Assembly: GCF_964188315.1 (NCBI RefSeq)
Contig: NC_135657.1
Span: forward strand, 55,242,001 to 55,306,000
DNA: 64,000 bases
From: Podarcis muralis
Taxonomy: Eukaryota
Direction: 5' to 3'
Shown here: positions 1 to 11,789 of the stretch, piece by piece
How the letters are laid out: each line of letters opens with the position of its first letter
Position numbering within the stretch: position 1 is the stretch's first letter
Program-made: the position numbers and the translations under genes
The notes under the pieces: generated by a model
Seen by the model: the letters and a program-made list of their open reading frames with translations, nothing else
The model's database searches: none
Told to the model about the DNA's origin: nothing

Positions 1-1455
1 GCTTATGAGAGTGGAAGAAGAACTGGCTTGATCAGGCCAAAAGGCCCAGCTCATTCAACATCCTGTACTCACAGGGACCACTCAGATCTGTGGGTTCTGT
101 ATCTCCCACATTTGCCAGCTCCAGAACTCAGGAATCTCTACCATCAGCTTACAGAAACTGAGAGAGAACCTCTGGAATATTTCTTCTTTCGATAGAGAAG
201 AGAAGAACAGAAAAAGCCCAAGTGCTGGAATTATTCAAGGAAGGGGAGAAACCTTAATGAAACTCCAAAGCCCCATCTTCTACCCATCCCCAGTTTGGGC
301 CAATTCAGCCCTCCTTCACCTCTCTGGGTAGCCTTCCAAAAGTCCAGTAGCCAGAAGGCTACCACAAACAGTGGTTCTGTTAGGTAATGTTATACTCTGG
401 GCTTCAGCGTTTTTAGATGGAAATGTGTATTTGTTTCAAAATGTGGGGAGCCAGACTGCTGCGTTTGGGGACCCTCCTGCTAATTTTCCTGAGTGAGACC
501 AAGAATTTCTGCCCCAAAGTCTTGCTGTGATAGCACCACAGGTCATGAAAGCTAAGCTTCCTGCACAGCACAGCCATAACTGAAGCCCTGCTTATTATAG
601 AAAACTTGAAAGTTCATATAGACACATCTTCAATATTTTTCTGGCCATATTTTCATTAAAGGGAGAGTTATTTCTAAGCTTGAGTCAGGTCTAGTGCATT
701 GATTAGTTATATGCTGTCTGCATATGTCTATGGCTGAGTGTAAGTGGTACTCCAGTCACTTATTTTTATTTCATGCAGATTTAGATTTTTGTAATTTCAG
801 ACGGGTAATCTTGTTATGCAATGTTCATCATGTAAACACTTCAGAGTGTTTCAACAGCTTTGTTTACAAGAGCCTCATACCGAGATCAATACGTGCCTTG
901 GATTCAGCCAAATGGGATGCTTGAGGCCCGCCATCTAATTAACTATTGTATTTACTACTCAGTCATAGGGCTGAAATTTGGTTTTTAAAAAAGAAAAGCC
1001 AGCAAAGAATGAAACAGTGAAGGCGTGCTGCGGGCATGAAATACCACATTTATTTCATTTTGAAGAAGTGATTAATTAATGAAAACCTTAGCTGGGCTGG
1101 TGATTCTGATATTAAGCTAATTATTTGAACAGTTAGTCTACATAGGCAGCTTTTTCTCCTAGTAAAAGCTCTGTCCTTTTTCCTTGGTAATTTGGGAAGA
1201 GAAGCATGGATTCATAGCTGCAAAATAATGGATACCGCTGAAATAAGAAAAAAGTAGCATCAAACTGAATATAACCCAGGATGCACAAAAAGCACAGGAA
1301 GCTGTGTTGGTTCATAAAGAAAATGCCAAAATCCACAATCAGGAAATACTTTTACTAGAACCATAGAGAAGGCGCCCTAGCTCAGAGAAAGGCTCCTGTC
1401 TGGAACCCAAGAGAGCCACGACCAATCAGCACACAGAGTACTCAGCTAGATGGGC

Positions 1456-1637
1456 ACAGGAAGCTGGCTTATACCAAGCCAGACCATTGGTCCATTGAGC
1501 TCAGTGTTGTCAACACTGACTGGCAGCAGCTCTGCAAGGTTTTAGACTGGGGACATTCTCAGCCCCACCTGGCGATGCCAGGGATTGAACCTGGACCTCC
1601 TGCAAGCAAAGAAAGTGCTGTGCCAATGAGCTATAGC
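1456..1637 (-). mobile_element. tRNA-derived squamate SINE (Squam3-like, tentative)
   Basis: B-box-like gggattgaacctgg, and body 'caggaagctggcttatacc...agaccattggtccat' shared with the copies at 17647 and 32138. Confidence 0.7.
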
Positions 1638-4102
1638 TGGTCTGACTTGGTATAAGGCCTGTAAAAGCAAACTCAGTCTAGTCCTATACAGAGTAGTAAA
1701 CACCAAGCCAGTTGTTTTCAATTTGCTTAACTTTGCACAGGAAGGTGGAACTGTGACTAGCCAGTTCCATGACATTTTCAGTGTTTGGCCCGTTGGTGAG
1801 TAATGTAAAATTCCTGCATGAATCACAAGACTTTGAGCTATTTTGCTCCTTTTGGTCCCCAACGTAGCCTGTATCTCAATATGAGTTTGAATTGGTCAAT
1901 AGTGGTGGTGTGTCTGTGCCAAGGTGACAGAATAATCCAGGCAGCTGTTAATGACATAGCATTGCTAACTTTTCCTTTAAATTGGACAAAATTAGTGGAG
2001 TCACTAAATGCTTGTGCCAAATGCCACTTTCTGGAGAGTCTCCCTCTGAGAGAAAAATAATCAACCGGTCATCAGAGAAACTGTGGCAAAGGAGCCCAAG
2101 GAAACCGAAGCATTTGCCCTTTTTGAAAATGCTACGGCAAATTTGCAGAGGGTGATTCACTAAGTAATTTTCTTCACAGGCTTCAAACCAAGGACTATAG
2201 ATACATTGCAATGGGCTTGATACATTCCCAAAAGCTGACCAGCAGGTGGGGGGGGTGTTTACAGGGATTTGTTTTGATTTGCCTTGGACTATTGATTTTC
2301 AGTCTCTTGCTTCTTGGATCAATTTGTCAAATTACTGTGCTGCTCTTAACCCACCTGTGACTAGAGGGTTTGAAGAGAGCATTTCCAGTGTGTTTTTAGG
2401 TGTAGATGGTAGCATATGGGCACTGGGCAAAATTTGGCTAGAATATGTATCATTTTATAAATGTGTCCATTCTTTAAATCAGCAAGACCTTCTGGTTACA
2501 ATTGTATGGTTTAGCTTGCAGTGTATTTCATGCTTCCCATTGAGAAGGTCCAGGGGAAACATACCCTGACTGCATGATTCAGTTAGGACCGTAACTGAGG
2601 AAGCAGCCTGCCTATGTCCAAGGTATTTATAGGCTGTGTAGTTTGGCTCAAAGTGAATCTTAGTCCACATACAGATAGATATCAGATAGATACAGATAGA
2701 TATTAGATATATATTTGATAGATATCAGCCCCTCAAGAGGGTATAAAGCTTGCCAGATAACAAGCAAATAGGTCCAGAAGTTTTTGTCCTGGGCACCTTT
2801 AAAGTTCATTTGCTTGCTTGCATTTTAAAGAAACATCTCTAAATGTTTAGTTTGGCAGAAGTGGATGGAATTTGCAGGCACGTTTACAAGTGGAATTTCA
2901 GAAGTTTAGTTGTAGTGACCTACCCTTGTGGGAGTTCTGGTTTCAGTTCTTATAGGAATTATGAAACTTCAATGCCCACATGCTCTGTGGGGGAGTTCTG
3001 AATTGACACAGCTGCCTCCATTACTGAATCTATATGCTGGGTACAGCTGCTTCTGTAGAAGTGATGGAATGCAGCTCCATTACCTCTTTAAAATAAAATA
3101 AATGGCCTCTATTTTTTTTATTCCCCAAAAGCCACCTTTTGAAATCATTCTGGAGAATATTAGCTAGAATCCAGGCATTAAAGGGCATATTTATCAAGCA
3201 GTAAATAAGGAAATCATTTCTTGTATTAAATAACCCACAGATACTCTGGAGACATTGAGCCCAGTCATGCCACACTAAAATGAATGGGGCAAGGCAAGTT
3301 CAAGAGGCAGTAGAGGTTCCCAGCATCATGTATTATGATGGTTTATGGGTGCCTAGTGGATTCTGCACATTACTTGGTTTGTAGACATATGGCGTGTTGT
3401 TCCAAGTTTGATAGAACAATAATTCATTGCCAGTCTGTGCTCCATTTCATTATTGCTTGATTTCCTCCCCCTCCCCACTTTTCTTTTCCAGACTTGCATG
3501 ACTAGGGTTGCTTTTACACTAGAGTCCACTTATATTGGTTTTTCTGCAATTATCTAGGAGCAGAAGTAAAATGACAGTTCCCCACAGCATTTTAATATAG
3601 CTCTATATTGGCCACCAGTGTTCTTCCCCATAATAGATATTTCTATTATGTTTACTCACAATTCCCATTCAGCAAAACTTCCTAGCAAGTTCAGTGCAAC
3701 TTTTATGACTCGCAGGCTGGACCCATTTTTTCACTTCCTGTTTTGATGACAGCTGGGGAATTATTCTCCATTGCTCACATTTTTTAGTCTTTCAAAATAG
3801 AAAACTAGCACTAGGTCACTCATAAAATAATAATAATACAAGGAAATGATTAAAAACCCCGATAGCTCCCCTGTGGGAACAGAAACAGACATTGAGGCAA
3901 TTCATGGAGCAATTATCAGGCTAATAATAACCACTAATTAACCCACCTGAGAAAAGCCAAAATAGTGCTTCACCTGTCAGTGCTAGGCAGGATGCAGCCA
4001 TGAATCAGGTCAGAAAAAACATGTGATAACAACACAGGAAACTGTGGACTGCTCTATTTTGATGATATCAAAAGAGAGTGAGCAAAAATGAAAACGGCGA
4101 TA

Positions 4103-4343
4103 CAGTGGTAACTCGGGTTACATACACTTCAGGTTACATACGCTTCAGGTTACAGACTCCGCTAACCCAGAAATAGTGCTTCAGGTTAATAATTTTGCTT
4201 CAGGATAAGAACAGAAATTGGGCTCCGGCGGCGCAGCAGCAGCAGGAGGCCCCATTAGCTAAAGTGGTCTTCAGGTTAAGAATAGTTTCAGGTTAAGAAC
4301 GGACCTCCGGAACGAATTAAGTACTTAACCCAAGGTACCACTG
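4103..4343. mobile_element. Tigger/mariner-like MITE, about 241 bp
   Basis: TIRs cagtggtaactc / aaggtaccactg with TA on both sides; same family as 39457 and 56790. Confidence 0.9.
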
Positions 4344-4689
4344 TATAACGCTTTTGGGTGAGGAAGGTTTTATGCACACTCAATAAGTTGAAGCAGACAT
4401 GATGTGAGAGATCTGTGATCAGATTTTAGAACACCCATGGATGGCCTGCATATTTCCCCCTTCTGATGTTAACAGTGGCTTGGGCCTGGCTTAAACTTAG
4501 AGCAGAAAAACACTACATCAATGAAGTGTTTCTGTTCAAAACTAAAGCAGAAGTTTCCATGGCTGCTTTAAAGTCTTCTTTCTACAGATCTCCCACATCA
4601 TGTCTTTTTCAAAAATGTTGTCCACTTGATGGTTTGTAAGGCTGATGGGGCTTGATGCTGGTGCTCATTATTAACTTGTTGGCCACTTA

Positions 4690-4975
4690 ATAAAAAATAA
4701 TAATCTGTAAGCAACTTACAAAAGATTGTAGCCTAAAAATGGACAACACTACATTGTTTTTTAAAATTACAAAAACCATAGAAGAGACCCCCCCCCCAAC
4801 AGCAGAAAACCTCTGCAGCAAAAAAAAACCAACAACAACAGCTAGTGAATAAATAGAACAGTTCACATAAGCACTGAAACGATGTTCATGATAGCTCCCG
4901 GCAGACCTGACTACAGAGAGAGCATTCCATATGCAGGGGGCCACAGCTGAAAAGACCCTCTCCACCGCCACAGCA
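4690..4975 (-). mobile_element. L2-like LINE 3' fragment
   Basis: Minus-strand translation RVFSAVAPCIWNAL resembles the squamate L2 3' motif RAFSVVAPRLWNAL; boundaries approximate. Confidence 0.6.
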
Positions 4976-5570
4976 ACTTAGCATAATATTTGATTTATTG
5001 TATTTCTATGCCACTTTCCATTCAAATGACATTATTAGCAAAACAGCAGGGGGGAAAATAAGCTAAACATTATCACACCACTCAGAGACTGGAATGCATG
5101 CAATAATATATTTCATGTATCATGTAGTTTGACTCCCAGATGAGAGGTTTACAGGGCCTCATAGAGGCTGCGCAAATTGTTCACAAACCACACCCTCTCT
5201 CCTCTCCCGTTATGTCTGATACAATGTCTGATTATGTTCCTCCTCAAAAGAGGGAGGGGGTTGCATGTAAGTATGCAGCAGCCACACCATGTCATGTGAT
5301 GTCACTCATTCACAACAAAATGGAAGATACCCATTGACACAGGGCTCATCCACACTTCTCTTTGTCCCACAGGTTTTTCTTTTCTTTTCTCCCACTGGTT
5401 ACCCCAGGAAAACCCTTTGTTGACTGCTTGATCGGAACAAACATCAAGCCACAGAAAACCCGATTGCCATTTGTTCCAGTTCAGCGGCAAACTATTGGTT
5501 ACTTTAGAGAAACTGGTGGGACAAAAGTAAAACCTCTTGGACCCATGCCTAGAAATCATGGGACAAACGG

Positions 5571-5571
5571 A

Positions 5572-5603
<32 letters not shown>

Positions 5604-5925
5604 ATATACATACATACCCTGCCCATCTGGCTCGGTTTCCCTAGCCACTCTGGGCTGCTCACAACAGAATACTAAAAACATGATAAAAGCTTAAAAACTT
5701 CCCTAAACAGGGTTGCTTTCAGATGTCTTCTAAAAGTCAGATAGTTGTTTATTTCCTTGACATCTGATGGGAGGGCATTTCACAGGGAGGGCGCCACTAC
5801 CAAGAAGGCCCTCTGCATGGTTCTCTGTAACCTCACTTCTCTCAGTGAGGGAATCGCCAGAAGGCCCTCGGTACTGGACCTGTGTCCAGGCTGAATGATG
5901 GGGGTGGATGAGTCCCTGGAAAATA
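5571..5925 (-). mobile_element. L2-like LINE 3' fragment with (GTT)n tail
   Basis: RAFLVVAPSL motif; the segment is the reverse complement of the L2-like sequence at 53545-54071. Confidence 0.7.
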
Positions 5926-5935
5926 TATGAACAAA

Positions 5936-6040
5936 GGCATAATCTGTCTTCAAAAGGAAACTCATCTCATAAAGGCTGCCCTTTCAAAACTTCTGCAAAA
6001 AAAACAAACCTACAAAGCATTTCAGTGTCACAAACAATTT
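5936..6040 (+). mobile_element. Possible L1/Tx1 endonuclease fragment
   Basis: GIICLQ-KETHL resembles the APE motif ICLQETH; short and degraded. Confidence 0.3.
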
Positions 6041-7519
6041 GTAAGAAGGTGGTTGCAACGTGTGTGCATGGAGCTTCCAAGTTCCTGCCGCAAAACCCCT
6101 CAAAGGGGACAAACACATTTTCCAGAGAGCAGACTTCAAAGCCAAACACCACGGGGTTCCAATTATCCTCATTCATGAACGCTGTGGTTTCTCTTGCAAT
6201 GTCAAATGTCGTGGACTGCTAGCATTTTCAGCCCCTGCAAACCAAAGTAGAAACTAACACCAATTAACAACATTTGGGGTAACCTGTTTATTTCATGAGC
6301 TTATAGGCTGCTATTCAGCATTAGGCTCCCAGAGCCGTGCTGATATTGAATAACGAAACAATGTTATTAAAATACAGTATCGAAACAGGAAAAAGCAGAA
6401 ACTAGGCAAATCAATAAAATCTAAGGGGGTGGCAAAATTCAAGTTTAAGCAAGCTGTGTAAAACAAACAAGAATGTTTAGGCAATTTTTAAAAAGTTTTT
6501 GCCAGGCAGTTAGAAGACATCAAAGTTGGTGTCAAGTGGTCTTCCCTAAAGAGGGCATTCCAGATATGGAGCACCACAACTGATAAGACCCTCTCCTGAT
6601 GTTGTGGCTGTAGCAGCTGTTTCTAGCAAGATCTTGCCAAACCATCGAGGGATCTTGTGAGGTCTCAAGAGAACCGCCAGAGGTGATGCACAACAGAGAG
6701 CAACTTTTCATATAGTCTTGACATGTAAAAGGCATGTCTTGCGCACTTCCCTGTTGCAAGGTGTGCATATTCCACACATGTTGACTACAGAAGGGAATGC
6801 CCAAGTTCTTCCTCTGCACACTGAGGGGGAACTTCCAATTTGAGTGCAAGAAAACAGAAAGCACAAGTCATTCACTTTATTTATTTATTTAATAAATAAA
6901 ATCTTTAAATAGCCTTTGACTATTTATGACCTTAAAAACGTCTTTGGGGAGGGAGGTTATTTGGGGGGGGGTTTGCGGGGGGGGTTTCTTCTTGATTTTA
7001 TTCTGTATTTTGTGTTCTCATTTTGCATTTTTATGGTGTGAACTGCACTGTGATCTTCAGATGAAGTGGAGGGGGTATACAAATAAAATAAATAAATAAT
7101 AAAACAAAATAAAATAAATAAATTGACACATCTGCGTTTCACCAGTTTATGCAACATAAGCAATCCTGGGTTTCACAACTGGCTAGGATCATGGCTTCAA
7201 ATGTTGCTGGACTATAGTTCACACCACCCCTGACCATTTGGCCATGGAGCCCCAAGAAGGACAGAAGAGGGAGATCAAAACTCAGGCATCAATTTCTAAA
7301 CAGTTATTTCTATATTTACCAGCTGTCACAGTTCAGAGGCAGCAGGTGCCTGGTGAAGCTGGGCCTGCAGCAAAGCAGATAAGACTGAGCTCTCTCCCGC
7401 AGAGGCAGTTTGATAGAATGGCTGCCCACAAGGCCCGAAGGAGCTGATCTTTCACAGCAGAGCTGATGGACTGAGCACTGTTTCTCAGCTCTCCTGCTGC
7501 TGAAATGGTTGCTCCCAGA

Positions 7520-7791
7520 CAGGGCCAGATTTAGGTTCGATGAGGCCCTAAGCTGCTGAGGGTAATGGGATATTTTCAAGAGCAGGCTAGCAGGCGGGGC
7601 CCATGTCTTACATCATAGGAGCCTACACAACACAAAACACTGTTGCTGTATGTAGGTTTTATTATTATTTTTTATCTTATATTTTGGAAATGTACATCCA
7701 GTTGTTGTTTTTTCTTTAATTTTTTGGGGGGCCCCAAGAGAGTGGGGCCCTAAGCTATAGCTTGTTTAGCTTATACGTAAATCCAGCACTG
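7520..7791. mobile_element. hAT MITE, 272 bp
   Basis: Imperfect TIRs cagggccagattta / taaatccagcactg; perfect 8-bp TSD ctcccaga. Confidence 0.9.
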
Positions 7792-8785
7792 CTCCCAGAT
7801 GAAAGCTGAATAGAAATGAGGCCCAATGGAGCCATTTCTGTTGGCAGCCATTTTCCCCCAACAAAGTTTCAAAGTTGTGTCATCTTCCATCTTCCATAGC
7901 ATTACTGGAAACAAAGATGGTTGCTGCCTGGGCTAGTGGGATTTTGTTTATGGAGGTCCCAGTGGTGAGCCTGTTGAGGTGCTGTGATGCCAGCAGCTTC
8001 TCAAGAGTGCTGCCTGCTGTTTCCAGGTCTTGCCGCATGGGTGGAGTTACGGAAACACATCCATCTCATTAAAAGAGTGGTGAGTGTCTTCAGCAGCAGT
8101 CCCATGTGTTTTTCATAATATCTGCTTCCACCTCAACTTCCAAAATATCTGAGTTTCGGTTCCAGAAAATGCCTCTCCTGTATAGGCTGGCAAGCATTGC
8201 TATGTCATCAGTCCTCTCTTATTGTGAATGATAAAAGTTTGGCCCGAATTCAAAGGGAATTTTAGTGTAGGATTGGACCCCGAATAGCCAAACTTCAGAT
8301 TCCATCTGGTTAGAGAGTATTAGGCAAATCACTAATTCTCTCCACTCAGTTATTGGGAGTTCCAGGGTTCAATAATGGAGAGACTCCAGCTGGCCAGTGT
8401 GCCTCACCCTCTCACTCAGAGCTACACTGAAAATTATTAAAGGTTAAGCTTTATGCATCATTTCCATCAAGACTTTGCTGACCTGCTGTGAACCACAGTA
8501 CCCAGAACACTGAGGTACTACCATGAGGTGGTGCCAGAAAGGCAGTGATTTCACCTTTCAGTCATTTCACTTCAGTATATTTACAACAGTGGTGGGTGGT
8601 GAATTTTTTGCCAAGTAACTGCTCAAAAGTGGACACAACATTAGTTCCAAAGGGATTGTCTCCAGTGTCGTTAGTCTGACTGAAGCATTAATTTTACCAG
8701 GCACATTTGTTGTGGTGATGGGGAGTATAAGTGAGTTTCTAGTGCTTAATTATTAGCATCAAGCGATCATGTTTTTCTTTCCTAG

Positions 8786-8803
8786 GCAGTCAATCAATCA
8801 GAG
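8786..8803 (+). other. Candidate 18-nt micro-exon
   Basis: gtttttctttcctag|gcagtcaatcaatcagag|gtaagt: strong acceptor and consensus donor 18 nt apart; no transcript evidence. Confidence 0.3.
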
Positions 8804-9028
8804 GTAAGTGTTTGGAAGCCAGGCAACACAGCTGAAAAACCGATGACATTTGGTTAGACAAACAGACACTTTCTCCTGTGTTCTCCATGTGCATTTGATT
8901 GAAAGCAGTGTAAGACATAGACTGCATCTGAACCTGGGCATTTGAGAAAAAGGTCCAGTTTATCTCCTGACCCTTTAAACTATGAAAGGACTCTTCCCTG
9001 CTGCCAATTAACGAACAAAGTTTTGTTC

Positions 9029-9192
9029 AAAAAAAATTCCTTCCAGTAGCACCTTAAAGACCAACTAAGTTAGTTCTTGGTATGAGCTTTCGTGTGCATG
9101 CACACTTCTTCAGATACGTGCATGCACACGAAAGCTCATACCAAGAACTAACTTAGTTGGTCTTTAAGGTGCTACTGGAAGGAATTTTTTTT
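9029..9192. repeat. Perfect 75-bp inverted repeat with 14-nt spacer
   Basis: 9029-9103 is the exact reverse complement of 9118-9192, checked base by base. Confidence 0.95.
9080..9117 (-). ncRNA. Minimal type I hammerhead ribozyme motif (Penelope-type)
   Basis: Minus strand reads GUAU-CUGAAGA-A-GUGUG-CAUG-CACAC-GAAA-GC-UC-AUAC: stem I GUAU/AUAC, core CUGANGA and GAAA, stem II, palindromic AGCU stem III. Confidence 0.8.
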
Positions 9193-10285
9193 GTTTTGAC
9201 TATGGCAGACCAACACGGCTACCTATCTGTAACTAAAGTTTTGTTCGTTAGGGATGTCACAAATCTACGTGTTTTTCTATTGCAAACCATAATTCTTTAC
9301 ATTGTGAAAGATATTCCCACCCCACTCACTTCCTCCTCCCACTCACTTCTACAGGCAGTACCATCTCCAAGCACTTCCTCTTGACCCAGGAGCCAATTAC
9401 GTGCATCATGTGTGACCTGGCTGCAGGTGCTCCAGTGCCTCAGCAATGCCTGGCTTGGTTTAGATTGTCATGTTAGTGTTCCAAAAGCTTCTCTTGAACT
9501 TCCTCTCATAGATGACTGGTTGCCATTCATTCCCATGGGGAATAGTAAAATGCTGCACTAGGGATTCTAGTGGAAATTAAAAGTACCGTAGATTCCACTA
9601 GCCTGAAGTCTGCCTTAAAATGTCCTGCCTTCATACACACAAGAGTCCTTGAAAGGCCAGACAAACTTTCTATTCTTCCTCAGAATTTTCATTCCCTTTG
9701 ATTTCAATCACTTGAAAATAAACCAATGGAAGTTCTATTTTTTCGCTGCAATGCACCAAATGCATACGGTAAATATAATTCAAACATGGTAATTTAGAAT
9801 TAATTTATCCTGTTCTTTGTTTCATTGGGAGATTATAGTTCTGAGGGTTAATGGTTTGACATTTACCTGTGCTGGTTTAAAAGAAAGCATATTTCCTCAG
9901 ATATTTATGATCCATAAAGATTCTGGCACGAGCTTTCCTTGCTGCCTTCAGCTGACTTATCACCTCTGCAGGATATATTTCAAGCACTACTGCAGTTCCA
10001 TCTGTCTCAGGAAGGGCTGCTCCCTCAACTCAAGTTCACTCAGGAAACACAGAATAACTATGCATTTCTTGCACATACCAGATATATATGATCCACAACT
10101 CAAATGGCATACTTGGGCCAGTTCACATGTCAACGGGGAAGCCAAGGTTGTGCAATGAAGCAGCAGACCCCCTTTCATAGTGCATAGATGCCATGTGAAA
10201 CAAAGATATACATACACCTGTGCACTTATATGCTCAGATCACCTTCTCCTGAAAAGAGAGAGAATGGTTGCTCAAATTGAGCATA

Positions 10286-10425
10286 ATCATAGAATCATAG
10301 AATTGTAGAGTTGGAAGGGACCACAGGGGTCATCTAGTCCAACCTTCTGCAACGCAGGAATCTTTTCCCAATGTAGGACTCAAATCCATGAGCCTGAGAT
10401 TCAGAGTCTCATGCTCTACCAACAA
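10286..10425 (-). mobile_element. CR1-tailed SINE / CR1 3' end
   Basis: (atcataga)n tail followed by gagttggaagggacc...gtcatctagtccaacc, typical of a CR1 3' end. Confidence 0.7.
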
Positions 10426-10471
10426 GATCATAACAGATTGTAAAACTTACAGTGAAAAGCATACATACCTC

Positions 10472-10630
10472 CTCATAAGAACATGAGAAGAACCTGCTGG
10501 ATCCTGCCAACAGTCATCTAGTCCAGCATCTTGTTCTCACAAAGGCCACCCAGATGCCTTTGGGAAGCCCAAAAGCAGGAGCAGAGAACAACCTCCCAAC
10601 CTTGTGATTCCCAGCAATTGGTATCAGTAT
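10472..10630 (-). mobile_element. CR1 3' fragment
   Basis: cataagaacatgagaagaacctgctggatc... tail, shared with 42540 and 45060. Confidence 0.7.
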
Positions 10631-10768
10631 TTTCTCCTCCTTTAATATCCATATAATATTCCCAGCTGGTGAATATATAGACTGTTGCTTCAACTTTTTG
10701 CAGACTTCTTTCCGCTCCATGTGGGGCTGGTCCAAAAGCTCCAGTTGGTACAGAATGCAGCAGCTAGA

Positions 10769-10877
10769 CTTGTTCGGAGGTTCTATCAGGGGAGCGCAGC
10801 TATCGTATACCCTTGACAGAAGAATGGTACACTCCTTCTATCTGGGATGGTCGTCCCCTTCCACCGAGTGCGCAGCT
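10769..10877 (-). pseudogene. RN7SK: 7SK RNA-derived fragment (about nt 126-232 of human 7SK as recalled)
   Basis: Minus strand AGCTGCGCACTCGGTGGAAGGGGACGACCATCCC...GTCAAGGGTATACGATAGCTGCGCTCCCCTGATAGAACCTCCGAACAAG aligns with the central part of vertebrate 7SK. Confidence 0.85.
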
Positions 10878-11008
10878 NNNNNNNNNNNNNNNNNNNNNNN
10901 NNNNNNNNNNNNNNNNNNNNNNNNNNNNNNNNNNNNNNNNNNNNNNNNNNNNNNNNNNNNNNNNNNNNNNNNNNNNNNNNNNNNNNNNNNNNNNNNNNNN
11001 NNNNNNNN
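10878..11008. other. Assembly gap (131 N)
   Basis: Run of N. Confidence 1.
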
Positions 11009-11326
11009 CAAGAGCATATGACAGCCCCGCTAAAACATCTGCACTAGCTTCCCATATGCTACCAGGCCAGCTTCAAGGTTCTTGTGCTGATATGCAAAGC
11101 TCTGAACAATTTGGTCTTAGGAGCCCTCATATTCCAGCTTGACAACTGAGATCATCCAGAAAATAGCTGCTAGTTGTCCTCCCATGTTACAGAGGGCCTC
11201 AGCAAGAAGACGGGCATTTAGTGTAGATGGCCCCATACTCTTTGCTTTCTTAAATAGTGTTTATGTTTTAATATTGCACACCATCCTGATGTTCTATAAT
11301 CTGGTGGTACGGAATAATTTATGAAA

Positions 11327-11390
11327 GGAAGGAAGGAAGGAAGGAAGGAAGGAAGGAAGGAAGGAAGGGAGGAAGGGAGGGAGGGAGGGA
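11327..11390. repeat. (GGAA)n/(GGGA)n microsatellite
   Basis: Seen directly. Confidence 0.95.
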
Positions 11391-11439
11391 CATAGTGTCA
11401 TATGTACTTTGTTCCTAAGTCAGTGTGTTTGAGTGTTCG

Positions 11440-11625
11440 ACTAAGGCCTGAGAGAGCTGAATTGAAGCCTGCATTCATCTATGAAGCTCACTAGTTGACC
11501 TTGGGCCAGTTGCCATCTCTCAACCTAGCCTACTTCATAGGGTTGTTTTGAGGATAAAATGTGGAGAATGAGAATCATCTCAGCTTTTTGCAAGAACGGT
11601 GGGATATAAATATAATAATAAATAA
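11440..11625 (+). mobile_element. CORE/MIR-like SINE
   Basis: gaagctcactagttgaccttgggccagt...cctacttcatagggttgttttgaggataaaa core with AT-rich tail. Confidence 0.7.
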
Positions 11626-11789
11626 ATAGGATTATAAAGACAAAACCTTTGCTTACTTCAGCCTTGTAGTTTATTCCACCACTGCTCTGCTTCCAGCTGT
11701 GATTTACTTGGTTCACTTTTGAGTAAGCTATATTAGATCCACCGCGTGGCATGTGGTGCAGGGATTTTTCTCTTGCTTAGCAGGCTGCA

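Larger units (their letters stand above)
9029..9234. mobile_element. Penelope-like pLTR remnant with inverted duplication
   Basis: Sequence matches the Penelope end at 25040; 12-bp TSD aaagttttgttc at 9017-9028 and 9235-9246. Confidence 0.85.
10715..11330 (+). mobile_element. L2-like LINE ORF2 3' fragment interrupted by a 7SK fragment and the gap
   Basis: LVQKLQLVQNAAARL before the insert and QEHMTAPLKHLH*LPICYQASFKVLVLICKALN after the gap. Confidence 0.8.

Noticed and set aside
10714-10725. ccgctccatgtg matching 7SK in the forward orientation
   Set aside because: It is also explained by the L2 coding motif (ALYVGL-like) at this position, so it is probably coincidental.
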